A DNA stretch of 64,000 nucleotides from Candidatus Woykebacteria bacterium. Lineage in GTDB: Bacteria > Patescibacteriota > Microgenomatia > Woykebacterales > RBG-16-39-9b. Each line of letters begins with the position of its first letter. Positions within the stretch are counted from its first letter, which is position 1. The notes under the pieces are model-generated. The model worked only from the letters and a program-made list of their open reading frames with translations, ran no database searches and was not told the DNA's origin. The position numbers and the translations under genes are program-made. The DNA lies in the NCBI GenBank assembly GCA_040876265.1, contig JBBDPN010000001.1, positions 53,691-117,690 of the forward strand, given 5' to 3'. This document shows positions 36,747-45,902 of the stretch, piece after piece.

Positions 36747-37550
36747 TTATGGCAGACGGAAAGTGTCGAAGTCGAAGAGACCTCCCGTCATAAGCTCGAT
36801 AATTTTCCTCACGCCCTCATCCTTCTCCAGGCGGTCATCAGAGAACATCTTTCCTTCGCCCATGTACTCCAAGATCCGTATCGTACCCGCCTCATCGTAG
36901 AACTTCTCCTGGAGACTCTGTCTTGTCCTTGCAACAGCAAGATGAGAAGCTCCGAAAAGAAGAATCATTTGACGTCCGCGGATAAGCTCCATCGCTAGCT
37001 TTGCTAGGTCGCGGATGTGGGTATTGATCCTTACTATCAGAGTACGGTGACAGGTGGTATATTTGACCGCCAGAGCTCTGACCATCAGGTTGGTGATCGC
37101 CTCCAGAACCGTTTGGATCCGCTCGTCAAAAAAGCCTTCCTCGGAGCTCAGGTCCGGATTAGCCGTAATTGTGAAGTCAGTTCGTGGTTGCGGTAGTGAT
37201 TCGTAAGACTCGGGACAACCCAGAAGAAACGACCGGACATCATCAGGGAGACTGGTCATTAGGTCGGCGACGTCAATACTCTCCCAATAGATCTCTGAGA
37301 GTAGGGAGGAGTATTGCCGGTAGAGCTCCGTTTCGGCGGATAGATCTCCATCCCGGACCGCTTTCGTCAGGTTGAATATTTTACCGCCAAAGCCGAAGCT
37401 TTGTTCAGCAACTTTCCTCGACCGCTCCTGGTAAACAGGATGCTCGACGACCGAACGGCTGTCTGATCGAGAAAGTTGGCGAGCGTGATCAGCCAGTATA
37501 TCGAGTATCACGTCTCTGTCTAGGATAGGTGTGTATTGTAATGTGCGCAA
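36747..37550 (-). CDS. Hypothetical protein (orphan)
   Basis: 267-aa ORF with GGGAGG SD and TTG start. Confidence 0.6.
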   Translation of the reverse strand: MRTLQYTPILDRDVILDILADHARQLSRSDSRSVVEHPVYQERSRKVAEQSFGFGGKIFNLTKAVRDGDLSAETELYRQYSSLLSEIYWESIDVADLMTSLPDDVRSFLLGCPESYESLPQPRTDFTITANPDLSSEEGFFDERIQTVLEAITNLMVRALAVKYTTCHRTLIVRINTHIRDLAKLAMELIRGRQMILLFGASHLAVARTRQSLQEKFYDEAGTIRILEYMGEGKMFSDDRLEKDEGVRKIIELMTGGLFDFDTFRLP

Positions 37551-37616
37551 AAAAGACCTCCCTCGTTTGTTCGGTCATTATTTTACTCTTCTAGTCAAAT
37601 CTTGTATATTAAAATT

Positions 37617-38075
37617 GTGAGCGATGCAGCTGTAAAAATCCAAAACGATCTAAAACAAGCGTTACGAAATAAAGATGACGTAACGGTTTCGACTTTGAGG
37701 CTGCTCGTAGCGGCGATTAAAAATTTTGAAATTGCCAAAGGTGGGGCTGGGTACAAAGCGACCGAAGAGGATATTATCTCAGTATTGCAGAAAGAAGTGA
37801 AACAAAGGAAAGAATCGATCGAGCAGTATAAGAGTGGTGGCCGCCAAGATTTGGTTGAAAAAGAGAAAAAAGAGTTGGAAATTTTGGAGAGATACCTACC
37901 AGACCAACTTTCCGAAGAAGAGGTAGAAAAAATTGTAAAAACGAAAATTCAAGAGCTTGGAGTAAGTTCCTTGGGTGATATGGGTAAAATTATGGGGGTT
38001 CTTTCACAAGAACTAAAGGGGAAAGCAGATTTGACTTTAGTAGCCTCCCTTGTAAAACGCTCGCTTGGCAGCTAA
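37617..38075 (+). CDS. GatB/YqeY domain protein
   Basis: DLKQAL..TLRLL..KQRKESIEQY..GR.DL..E..IL..YLP.QLSEEE..DMGKIM. Confidence 0.92.
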   Translation: MSDAAVKIQNDLKQALRNKDDVTVSTLRLLVAAIKNFEIAKGGAGYKATEEDIISVLQKEVKQRKESIEQYKSGGRQDLVEKEKKELEILERYLPDQLSEEEVEKIVKTKIQELGVSSLGDMGKIMGVLSQELKGKADLTLVASLVKRSLGS

Positions 38076-38228
38076 AGATTTTTTGATCCAGAAATACGCC
38101 GCAATAATACAAAGCCTCTTGCTTGTTTGAATTTCACTCAAAAAAGTCGTATAATAGGTCTTGCACATCTTAAATAGCAACTTTTAGAGGAGGATGTGTA
38201 TTTTTATTGCCTGGATTGGGAGGCCGCT

Positions 38229-39152
38229 ATGAAGACGATCATAGAAAATGGCCTTCGCTGGATTGATGTTGAGCATCCTTCAAAGGCGGATATTGAAAAG
38301 CTCCACAAGGACTTTCCAACTTTCCACCCACTAACTTTGGAGGATACTCTCTCACCGATCCAGCGACCAAAGGTCGATGTTTTCGAAGACCATTTGTTTA
38401 TAGTGCTCCATTTTCCCGTGTATGAGAAGAAAACGGGGCGTATTTCGAATGCTGAAGTTGATATTTTTTTGGGTAAAGATTTCTTAGTTACTCTCCACGA
38501 TGGTCGTGTAAAATCACTCGCAGAATTTTTTGATAACGCTTCCGATGATAAAAAAATTCGTCGCGAGTTATTTTTAAAAGGTAGCGCTGGCTTCTTGTTG
38601 TACAGTATTTTAAATAAAGTTTTGGACGCTGCTTTTCCAATACTTTATCGGCTTGATACTGAGCTTGAGATTATCGAGGATAAGATATTTGAAGGGGAGA
38701 ATATTTCTAGGCAGATTGAGGCTCTTTCTGACCAGAGAAGAAATATCCTGGCGTATCGAAAAATAATTAGCCCGCAGAGGGCAGTACTTCCCCAGGTGCG
38801 AGATAAACTCCGTCTGATCGGTATAAGGGAGCAAATGGCGGTTTATTTTAACGATTTGCTCGACCACGTCGAAAAAATGTGGCAAACTCTTGAAGAGCAG
38901 AAAGAAGTGGCTGAAGGATTGCAGGATACAACGGCTGCTTTGGTAAACACTATCACGAACGATGTTGTTCGCGTCCTTACGGTCATCACCGTAGTCTTTC
39001 TTCCCCTCACTTTGATCGCCTCTATTTTCGGTATGAACGTGCCTCTACCTCACGCAAATGATCAACTTGCCCTGCCAATAATTATCATCGGTATGGTGGT
39101 GATTTTGGTGGTGCTCATCTTCATCTTCCGCAAATTCCTCAAGTGGCTTTAA
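38229..39152 (+). CDS. corA: CorA-family Mg2+ transporter
   Basis: HPLTLED..QRPK, LTVITVVFLPLTLIASIFGMN signature. Confidence 0.93.
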   Translation: MKTIIENGLRWIDVEHPSKADIEKLHKDFPTFHPLTLEDTLSPIQRPKVDVFEDHLFIVLHFPVYEKKTGRISNAEVDIFLGKDFLVTLHDGRVKSLAEFFDNASDDKKIRRELFLKGSAGFLLYSILNKVLDAAFPILYRLDTELEIIEDKIFEGENISRQIEALSDQRRNILAYRKIISPQRAVLPQVRDKLRLIGIREQMAVYFNDLLDHVEKMWQTLEEQKEVAEGLQDTTAALVNTITNDVVRVLTVITVVFLPLTLIASIFGMNVPLPHANDQLALPIIIIGMVVILVVLIFIFRKFLKWL

Positions 39153-39275
39153 GTTAGATCTTAGACCCAAGATTTATAATGGTAAATTAAAAGGGGTTGA
39201 AGGTGCGCAAGAACGTTGTCTTACCCCCAACACTTAATACTAGATACTGCATACCACATACGTTAAAATTAGCCT

Positions 39276-40676
39276 ATGGCTGAGATTTTCCTCACGAATA
39301 CGTCGACGAGAAAAAAAGAGAAATTTGTGCCGATAAAAAAGGGGAAAGTGGGGATCTATTCCTGTGGGCCGACGGTATATCGTGATATCCATATTGGTAA
39401 TCTTCGTACTTATCTTGCCGCGGACATTCTTAAGCGAGTTTTAAGTTACAACGGCTACAAAGTTCAGCACATCAAAAATATCACCGATGTGGGCCACATG
39501 CGCACCGATGAAACAACCCAACAAGGTTTTGATCCGGTTATCGCTGAGGCGCTAAAACAAGGCAAAACTCCCCAGCAGATTGCGGCCGAATACACCGAAA
39601 AATTCTTTGATGACGAGAAAAAAATTAACATACCACCAGCAGATACGTTTCCAAAAGCCACTGATCATATAAAAGAAATGATCGAAATCACAAAAGAGTT
39701 ACTTGATAAGGGGTTTGCGTATGAGGCCGATGGAAACATTTACTACGACGTTAAGAAGTTTAAAAACTATGGTCGGCTTTCTGGAAACACGTTAGATAAA
39801 ATGGACAAATTACGCGAAGCCGTTAGGGTTTCGAGCGAAGCAGATAAAAAAGCTGGAGTAGATTTTGCCCTTTGGAAAAAGGCGGAAAAGGGGAGGGAAA
39901 TGAAGTGGGATAGTCCTTGGGGGGAAGGCTTTCCCGGTTGGCATATAGAATGCTCGGCTATGAGCATGAAGTATCTCGGGGAGCATTTTGATATCCATAC
40001 CGGTGGTGAAGACAACATTTTTCCTCATCATGAGGACGAAATAGCCCAAAGCGAGGCCGCTAAAGGAAAGAGGGTCGTAAATTATTGGGTACACTCTGGA
40101 TTTTTGTTGGTAGAGGGCAAAAAAATGGCGCGGCGGGAGGGTAATGTTTACACAATTTCTGATATTGAAAAGAAAGGCTTTAACCCTTTGGCGTTTCGTT
40201 ACTTGGTATTAACTTCTCACCATCGATCAAGGCTAAATTTCACCTGGAGATCGCTAGAAGCTGCGCAGAACGCTCTGAATAATATTTACCGGGAGGTAAC
40301 TGGTTACGCAACAGCCGATGAACCCAAAATCGGCTGTGCTGAATACGAACAACGTTTCATGCAAGCAGTGAATAATGATATGGATACACCAGCCGCGCTT
40401 TCGATCGTCCAAGAGATGGTTGATAGCGATTATCCACCAAGCGCGAAACTGGCAAGTTTGTACAAATTTGACCAGGTACTAGGACTGGATTTAGAAACAG
40501 TTGCCCAAGAAGCTGCCCAGGTTCCCGACAAGATAAAAAAATTGGTTGAGTCGAGGGAAAAAGCCAGAGAGAGCAGCGAATTTTCTAAATCAGACCGGTT
40601 GAGAGATGAGATAAAGAAAAAAGGTTATGAAGTAGTTGATACCGACTCTGGCCCGAAATTAAAAAAAATTATCTAA
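39276..40676 (+). CDS. cysS: Cysteine--tRNA ligase
   Basis: [38 protein letters not shown] (KMSKS variant). Confidence 0.97.
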   Translation: MAEIFLTNTSTRKKEKFVPIKKGKVGIYSCGPTVYRDIHIGNLRTYLAADILKRVLSYNGYKVQHIKNITDVGHMRTDETTQQGFDPVIAEALKQGKTPQQIAAEYTEKFFDDEKKINIPPADTFPKATDHIKEMIEITKELLDKGFAYEADGNIYYDVKKFKNYGRLSGNTLDKMDKLREAVRVSSEADKKAGVDFALWKKAEKGREMKWDSPWGEGFPGWHIECSAMSMKYLGEHFDIHTGGEDNIFPHHEDEIAQSEAAKGKRVVNYWVHSGFLLVEGKKMARREGNVYTISDIEKKGFNPLAFRYLVLTSHHRSRLNFTWRSLEAAQNALNNIYREVTGYATADEPKIGCAEYEQRFMQAVNNDMDTPAALSIVQEMVDSDYPPSAKLASLYKFDQVLGLDLETVAQEAAQVPDKIKKLVESREKARESSEFSKSDRLRDEIKKKGYEVVDTDSGPKLKKII

Positions 40677-40718
40677 CCCTATTTTCTCTTCTTGAGGTTT
40701 TTGTAGTAAAATAGTTGT

Positions 40719-42131
40719 GTGAGGCTCTTACTGCCTAGGAGCATACAATTTTCAAATCGGGGTTTTACCTTGATTGAGGTATTGGTCGCAACGACAATGA
40801 TAACCATTGTCGGTGCAGCTATTCTCTCCACGATCACTGCTTTCTTAAGAGTTTCACTTATCGCCCAAGATACAGTCCGCGCGCAAAACATTGCCAACGA
40901 GAAACTAGAAACCCTCAAAAATATGCCCTACGACGATTTAGCCACGGTGGCGGGGGCTATTTACCCGCCGGGCAATCTGCCTGATAGCGAAAACGTGACC
41001 GTGGGCACCCATACCTACGTGGTGCACACTTTCATCAGCTACGTAGATGATCCCTTTGATGGAGACGCTAGTGGGAGTATACCTGGTAAGCCGGTGGATT
41101 TTTACCCGTTTGATTACAAAAGAGCTACCATAGAGGTACGAGATAATAATGATGATCGCGTGTTGGCAAAAATTTCATCAAATATCGCTGCCAACGCTGC
41201 CGAAACTAGTGATGATACGGGGATACTATTTGTTCAAGTGGTAGATTCTGATGGTGACCCAGTACCCAATGCAAATATCCATCTCACTAATACGAACCCG
41301 GATCCTGATGTGGACATAAATACAATCACCGACCTAAACGGTAATCTGCAGATCCCACTGCTTCCAGAGGATACCACCAATGGTTATCATATCGAGGCTT
41401 CTCTTGGCTCTGGCTATTCAGTGGATCAGACCTATCCAGATACTGTTCCTGATTACGACCCGGTCCAACCAGATTTTAATATCCTCGCCCAACAGGTGAC
41501 CAATATCACTTTGGTAATTGATTTGACCTCAACGATGAACGTTACGGTGGTAGATGAGACCGGAGCAGCAGTTGCAGATTTGGAAGTGACCGTAGAGAGT
41601 AATAAAAATACCTACGAGCCTTCTGATCCTCTGAGCACAGAGCCGCCAATTTCAAAATTCTCTGATAGTTTCACCACCGATTCTTCAGGAGAGTTTACAA
41701 TCGAAGATCTCGAATTTGATCTTGGTGGCTACCAACTTTCGGTGCCTACCGGCTACTTTGTTATTAGCACCACACCGTACCAAAAAGTGACGGTAGGTGC
41801 TGACGCAACAATCAACGTTACCTTGAAGGTAACTACAGACTCCTCCTGGCCGAGGATAGAGCAAGTGACGCCTATTTCTGGGATAAATAACGGTGCCGTG
41901 ACTGTGGAGATACTCGGTGCGAATTTACCGGTTGGTTCTACGATGGGGCTGACCAAGAGTGGACAGAGCTCGATAGACGCAACTGGTGTGATCAGTAGTG
42001 ATAGCGACACCAAGCTCATTGGCGACTTTGATCTGACTGGAGCAGCCACCGGGGCTTGGAACCTGGTTGTAACCGCTCCTGGAGGTAAGAGTACCACCCA
42101 AAGTAGCGGCTTTACTATAAATTCACCTTAA
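40719..42131 (+). CDS. Type IV minor pilin (PilV-like) with C-terminal beta-sandwich domains
   Basis: Prepilin motif G/FTLIEVLVA. Confidence 0.8.
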   Translation: MRLLLPRSIQFSNRGFTLIEVLVATTMITIVGAAILSTITAFLRVSLIAQDTVRAQNIANEKLETLKNMPYDDLATVAGAIYPPGNLPDSENVTVGTHTYVVHTFISYVDDPFDGDASGSIPGKPVDFYPFDYKRATIEVRDNNDDRVLAKISSNIAANAAETSDDTGILFVQVVDSDGDPVPNANIHLTNTNPDPDVDINTITDLNGNLQIPLLPEDTTNGYHIEASLGSGYSVDQTYPDTVPDYDPVQPDFNILAQQVTNITLVIDLTSTMNVTVVDETGAAVADLEVTVESNKNTYEPSDPLSTEPPISKFSDSFTTDSSGEFTIEDLEFDLGGYQLSVPTGYFVISTTPYQKVTVGADATINVTLKVTTDSSWPRIEQVTPISGINNGAVTVEILGANLPVGSTMGLTKSGQSSIDATGVISSDSDTKLIGDFDLTGAATGAWNLVVTAPGGKSTTQSSGFTINSP

Positions 42132-42134
42132 ATT

Positions 42135-42728
42135 ATGGACAGGTTATTCAAGCTAGTGTCAGCAAAAAAAGGATTTAGTTTAATAGAGCTTTTGATTGCC
42201 ATGGCCATTTCGTCTATCATATTAGTTGTGATCGTAACTGTGATAAATTTGGCCCTGCGACACAGTAGTGGTGGTTTCGAGTCTTTTGAGGCTCAAAGCG
42301 AAGCAGTCGGGATAATGAATAGAGTAGCTGCGGAGATACGCCAAGCTTCGGAAATGGTGAGCGCGCAGCCACAATCAATCACCTTCAGAGAGTATCTGGA
42401 CGTTGGAGCGGCAGCGCCACACCAGATAAGGTTTTTCTTGGATGGGGAAAGCTTGAAAAGAGGAGAGATACCGCCGATAGGAACGGACCCACCTTATACT
42501 TATGATCCAGCTAGTGAAACCATCAGGACCTTATCTTTGGACGTGATAAACGGTGCGGCTGATGTATTTACTTACTATGATCAAGATGGTAACCAGCTAT
42601 TTGCACCGGTTACGCTGGCAGCGGTGACACTGGTTGATATACATCTAATTTTTAGGCAACGAAACAATACCCAACCGCTAGAGGTGGGTACCAAGGCGCA
42701 ACTGAGGTTTAATAAAAATAACTTGTGA
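42135..42728 (+). CDS. Type IV minor pilin (PilW/GspJ-like)
   Basis: KKG/FSLIELLIA. Confidence 0.85.
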   Translation: MDRLFKLVSAKKGFSLIELLIAMAISSIILVVIVTVINLALRHSSGGFESFEAQSEAVGIMNRVAAEIRQASEMVSAQPQSITFREYLDVGAAAPHQIRFFLDGESLKRGEIPPIGTDPPYTYDPASETIRTLSLDVINGAADVFTYYDQDGNQLFAPVTLAAVTLVDIHLIFRQRNNTQPLEVGTKAQLRFNKNNL

Positions 42729-42732
42729 CCAA

Positions 42733-44391
42733 ATGAAAAAATTGCCTGCCGACAATAGACTCTCGCAAGCTTTCAGAAGCCAAGACGGTCTTGCTTTGCT
42801 GCAAGCGATCATTTTGATCAGCATCGTAGCGTCTCTACTACTAATAATAGTGAGCGTGACGCTTTTGGGTTTGAATGTCTCCAAGCAGGGTGTTAGACGA
42901 ACAGCGGCTTTACACATTGCCGAGGCTGGTATAAATTACTATCTTTGGCACCTGGTACACGATCCGGCTGATTACTGTGATGGCAACCCCTGTGTAGGAT
43001 CACCTCCTTATGGCCCCTTCGTCCATGACTTTCATGATAATACTGGTAAAAAAATTGGTAGCTACACTCTTTGGATCGCTCCGCCATCGATCACTGATGG
43101 AAGTAAGGTGGTGATTTGCCACACTCCACCGGCAACAAATGAGACGATATCGGTGGCTCCCTCCGCCGTGCAGGGGCATCTAGATCATGGTGATTTTCTC
43201 GGACCTTGCGAAGGAGGTGGTACTGGAGGTGGTACTGTCGTGGTCGAGTCTCGCGGAGATGTGGAAGACGGTAATGAAAACAGAACCATCGTGGCTGCCC
43301 TGGGTATTCCTTCGTTTGCTCAGTACGCGGTGGTGGCCAATGATACGGTGAACCATATTCGTTTTGGTGAGGACACCGAGATCTTTGGTCCCATCCATAA
43401 CAACGGGGGAGTTCGTTTTGACGGTGTAGCCCATGATTTGGTTACTAGTGCTATGGCCGAGTATAACGATCCTGATCACGACGACATTGATTCACCACAA
43501 CACTCGTACCACCCAGACAATATTCTGGAGCCTGGTGTTCATACCCATGTGCCTCCAGATGAAGACCGTTTTTTGGGTGGAAAGTCGTTTCCGGTTCCAC
43601 CGGTGGATTTTGCTCAAGTGACGGCTGATCTGAACGAGATAGAAACTCAGGCGACAGATGATGGTTACTACTATGGTCCCACCGGTGCTGGCTACCATAT
43701 CGTTTTGGGCAATAATAACTACACCATTTACAGAGTAAATTCTGTAACCGCTAGTTGTAATACCAGCTTGGGTTGGCAGCCCACTTACGGTATATCAAGC
43801 CAAAGTGTGGTAGCTGCCGGAGTCTCCTACCCTACCAACGGCGTGATTTTTGTGGATGACAACCTGTGGGTCGATGGCAAGATAATGGATGTGGCCTTGA
43901 CGATCGCTAGTAGTGAAGAAATCTACATAAACAACGATATCGAATACACGTATCTGGACGGTCGGGACAAACTGGGTCTGATCGCCCAGGAAAATATCTC
44001 GGTGGGTCTGTACAGCGAGGGGTCTTTTAGTGGTAGTAGTGACCAGCGAGAGCTAACTATCCACGCTGCACTGCTGGCTCAAAATGGTCGGGTCGGTCGC
44101 AATTACTACCCTTACCGATACCGTCAGTTCTCCTGGCAATCCTGGTCTTATTGTTTACAATCTAGTGATAATTACTGGCAGAGGAATAAGATTTCAGTTT
44201 ATGGGTCTCTTGCGACCAACCGGCGCTATGGTTTTTCCTGGATCTGCGGTGACACATGGACGATTGGGGATTATTGCGATAGCGGCTATGACGTGCGGGA
44301 AGTGACCTACGATGAAAATTTGAGTGCCAGTCCACCACCTTCTTTCCCAACGATTGGAAATTACGCGATTTTGGATTGGCGCGAAAAATAG
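42733..44391 (+). CDS. PilX/GspK-like large minor pilin
   Basis: G/LALL hydrophobic N-terminus lacking E5; ALHIAEAGI; C-terminal YD..L..SPPP.FP..W.E. Confidence 0.75.
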   Translation: MKKLPADNRLSQAFRSQDGLALLQAIILISIVASLLLIIVSVTLLGLNVSKQGVRRTAALHIAEAGINYYLWHLVHDPADYCDGNPCVGSPPYGPFVHDFHDNTGKKIGSYTLWIAPPSITDGSKVVICHTPPATNETISVAPSAVQGHLDHGDFLGPCEGGGTGGGTVVVESRGDVEDGNENRTIVAALGIPSFAQYAVVANDTVNHIRFGEDTEIFGPIHNNGGVRFDGVAHDLVTSAMAEYNDPDHDDIDSPQHSYHPDNILEPGVHTHVPPDEDRFLGGKSFPVPPVDFAQVTADLNEIETQATDDGYYYGPTGAGYHIVLGNNNYTIYRVNSVTASCNTSLGWQPTYGISSQSVVAAGVSYPTNGVIFVDDNLWVDGKIMDVALTIASSEEIYINNDIEYTYLDGRDKLGLIAQENISVGLYSEGSFSGSSDQRELTIHAALLAQNGRVGRNYYPYRYRQFSWQSWSYCLQSSDNYWQRNKISVYGSLATNRRYGFSWICGDTWTIGDYCDSGYDVREVTYDENLSASPPPSFPTIGNYAILDWREK

Positions 44392-44521
44392 CAGCCTCCG
44401 TGCTGCGAAATGCAACATTTCTTAGTACTCTCGGCTGCTGTGCTACCGCTAAGCACCTCCGTACTGTGAAACACAAGGTTTATTAGTACTGCCGACTGCT
44501 GCGACCACTAAAGTGGACTAG
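44388..44521 (-). repeat. Two tandem core units of the dispersed repeat (reverse strand)
   Basis: Reverse complement reads ctagtccactttagtggtcgcagcagtcggcagtact..aaccttgtgtttc..gtacggaggtgct, then gcagccgagagtactaagaaat..gcacggaggctgctat. Confidence 0.8.
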
Positions 44522-44576
44522 AATCCGCTTGCAATAAGTAAGTTAGGTTGCTACGATATAAAGACAAACACCTGCC

Positions 44577-45128
44577 ATGCTTTTTTTTGGTAAAAAAGAT
44601 CAAAAAGGTATCGACCTGATACCCGAGGGGGAGAAGCCTCTAAAAGATACGAAAATCAAGTTTTTCGCTACCGTTGCTTCTGTTGCGGCAGTAGGTGTTT
44701 TTATTGTGGTTGGTGCAATTCTAGTTTTCCTAAATTTTGCCGAGGGTCGCCTTTTAGCTCAAACTTCGGAGCAGCTTGATAGCCGACTTGGTGAGTGGCA
44801 GCAAGTCGCTACCACCGCGGCTCAAGTAAATTCCACTAAGGCGGCTACCACCCAAATAAATGACGTCTGGACTTCAAATCAACTTTTCACTAAAAGCTTG
44901 AGAGAAGTTCGCAGTGTAGTACCAAAAGGTGCAAGCCTCACGTCCCTTTCAATAGCTGGTGTTAATACCCTGACTCTTCAAGCTGAGGTTTCTAGCGCGG
45001 CCGTGGTTGAGCAGTTGGTTAATAATCTCCGGAAAAATGAGTTTTTCGTAAGTGTGGATCTAGATTCGGTAGTGCGCAGCTCCGATAGTTATGTTTTAAA
45101 TGTGGGATTAACAACAAGGGGTAAATGA
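44577..45128 (+). CDS. PilN-like pilus assembly protein
   Basis: IDLIP, single TM, VPKGASLTSL..LRKNEFF.SV; pilus context. Confidence 0.75.
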   Translation: MLFFGKKDQKGIDLIPEGEKPLKDTKIKFFATVASVAAVGVFIVVGAILVFLNFAEGRLLAQTSEQLDSRLGEWQQVATTAAQVNSTKAATTQINDVWTSNQLFTKSLREVRSVVPKGASLTSLSIAGVNTLTLQAEVSSAAVVEQLVNNLRKNEFFVSVDLDSVVRSSDSYVLNVGLTTRGK

Positions 45129-45898
45129 AAAATTTAAAGAAATTTTTTAAACAGACAATAGTAATAGTCAGCATTGAGATAGCGGTAGCTATCTTTTTGT
45201 GCGTAATAATATTTTTGTTTGTGGTAGTTCCAAATTTCAACTCCTGGCGTAGTAACAGTAGTTCTAGAGAAGAAACGGCCCAGAGACTGGAAAGAGTAGA
45301 AAGAAATCTTCAATCAGTCGCTAGTATTGATGCAGAAAAAATAAAAGTGTTGAGCGAGCAATTGCAGAAGCTATTGTCAGATCAAGCAGATCCGCTGCGG
45401 TTTCTTAATTTATTAGAAGTAGTAGCAAAGTCCAGCGGGATGGAACTTTCGGCTGCCCAAGTTACCACGCAGTCGCAACCTAGCGTAGCTCCAAGCGCGC
45501 CGACCGGTGCCGCCGCTCCCCAAACCCCGGTAAGTGATGGAGCTAGCTCACCGGCTCAGAGCGGTGCTAGTGCGGTAGCAGTCCCAAACCAGTCTGTAAA
45601 GATCTCCTTTTCCGGTTCATTTTCTAATTTGCTTCGTCTCCTGACCAATGTGGATAAGGCCGATATGGTTTCGCTCATCAAAAGTGTTTCCGTGTCTAAA
45701 ACGCAAGGGGAAAGTGGTGTTTCTTTGGCGGTTACCTTTGATCTGATTACCGCTACTGCCGCAGGTACCGCCAACGCTGAAACTTTGACCGCCTTTACTT
45801 TTGAAGATGAAAGCGCGATAGGTAATATATTAAGCAATATCGAGTTTACTTCTTCTCCAGCTAAAAATTCTGTAGGTCGTTCCAACCCCTTCGATTAA
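45125..45898 (+). CDS. PilO-like pilus assembly protein
   Basis: N-terminal TM, coiled coil, A..SGM.L, GSFSNL, terminal GRSNPF. Confidence 0.7.
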   Translation: MKNLKKFFKQTIVIVSIEIAVAIFLCVIIFLFVVVPNFNSWRSNSSSREETAQRLERVERNLQSVASIDAEKIKVLSEQLQKLLSDQADPLRFLNLLEVVAKSSGMELSAAQVTTQSQPSVAPSAPTGAAAPQTPVSDGASSPAQSGASAVAVPNQSVKISFSGSFSNLLRLLTNVDKADMVSLIKSVSVSKTQGESGVSLAVTFDLITATAAGTANAETLTAFTFEDESAIGNILSNIEFTSSPAKNSVGRSNPFD

Positions 45899-45902
45899 TA
45901 GG

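Noticed and set aside
44388-44521. Tandem repeat as a CRISPR array
   Set aside because: Only two degenerate units with no unique spacers; no cas genes in the window.
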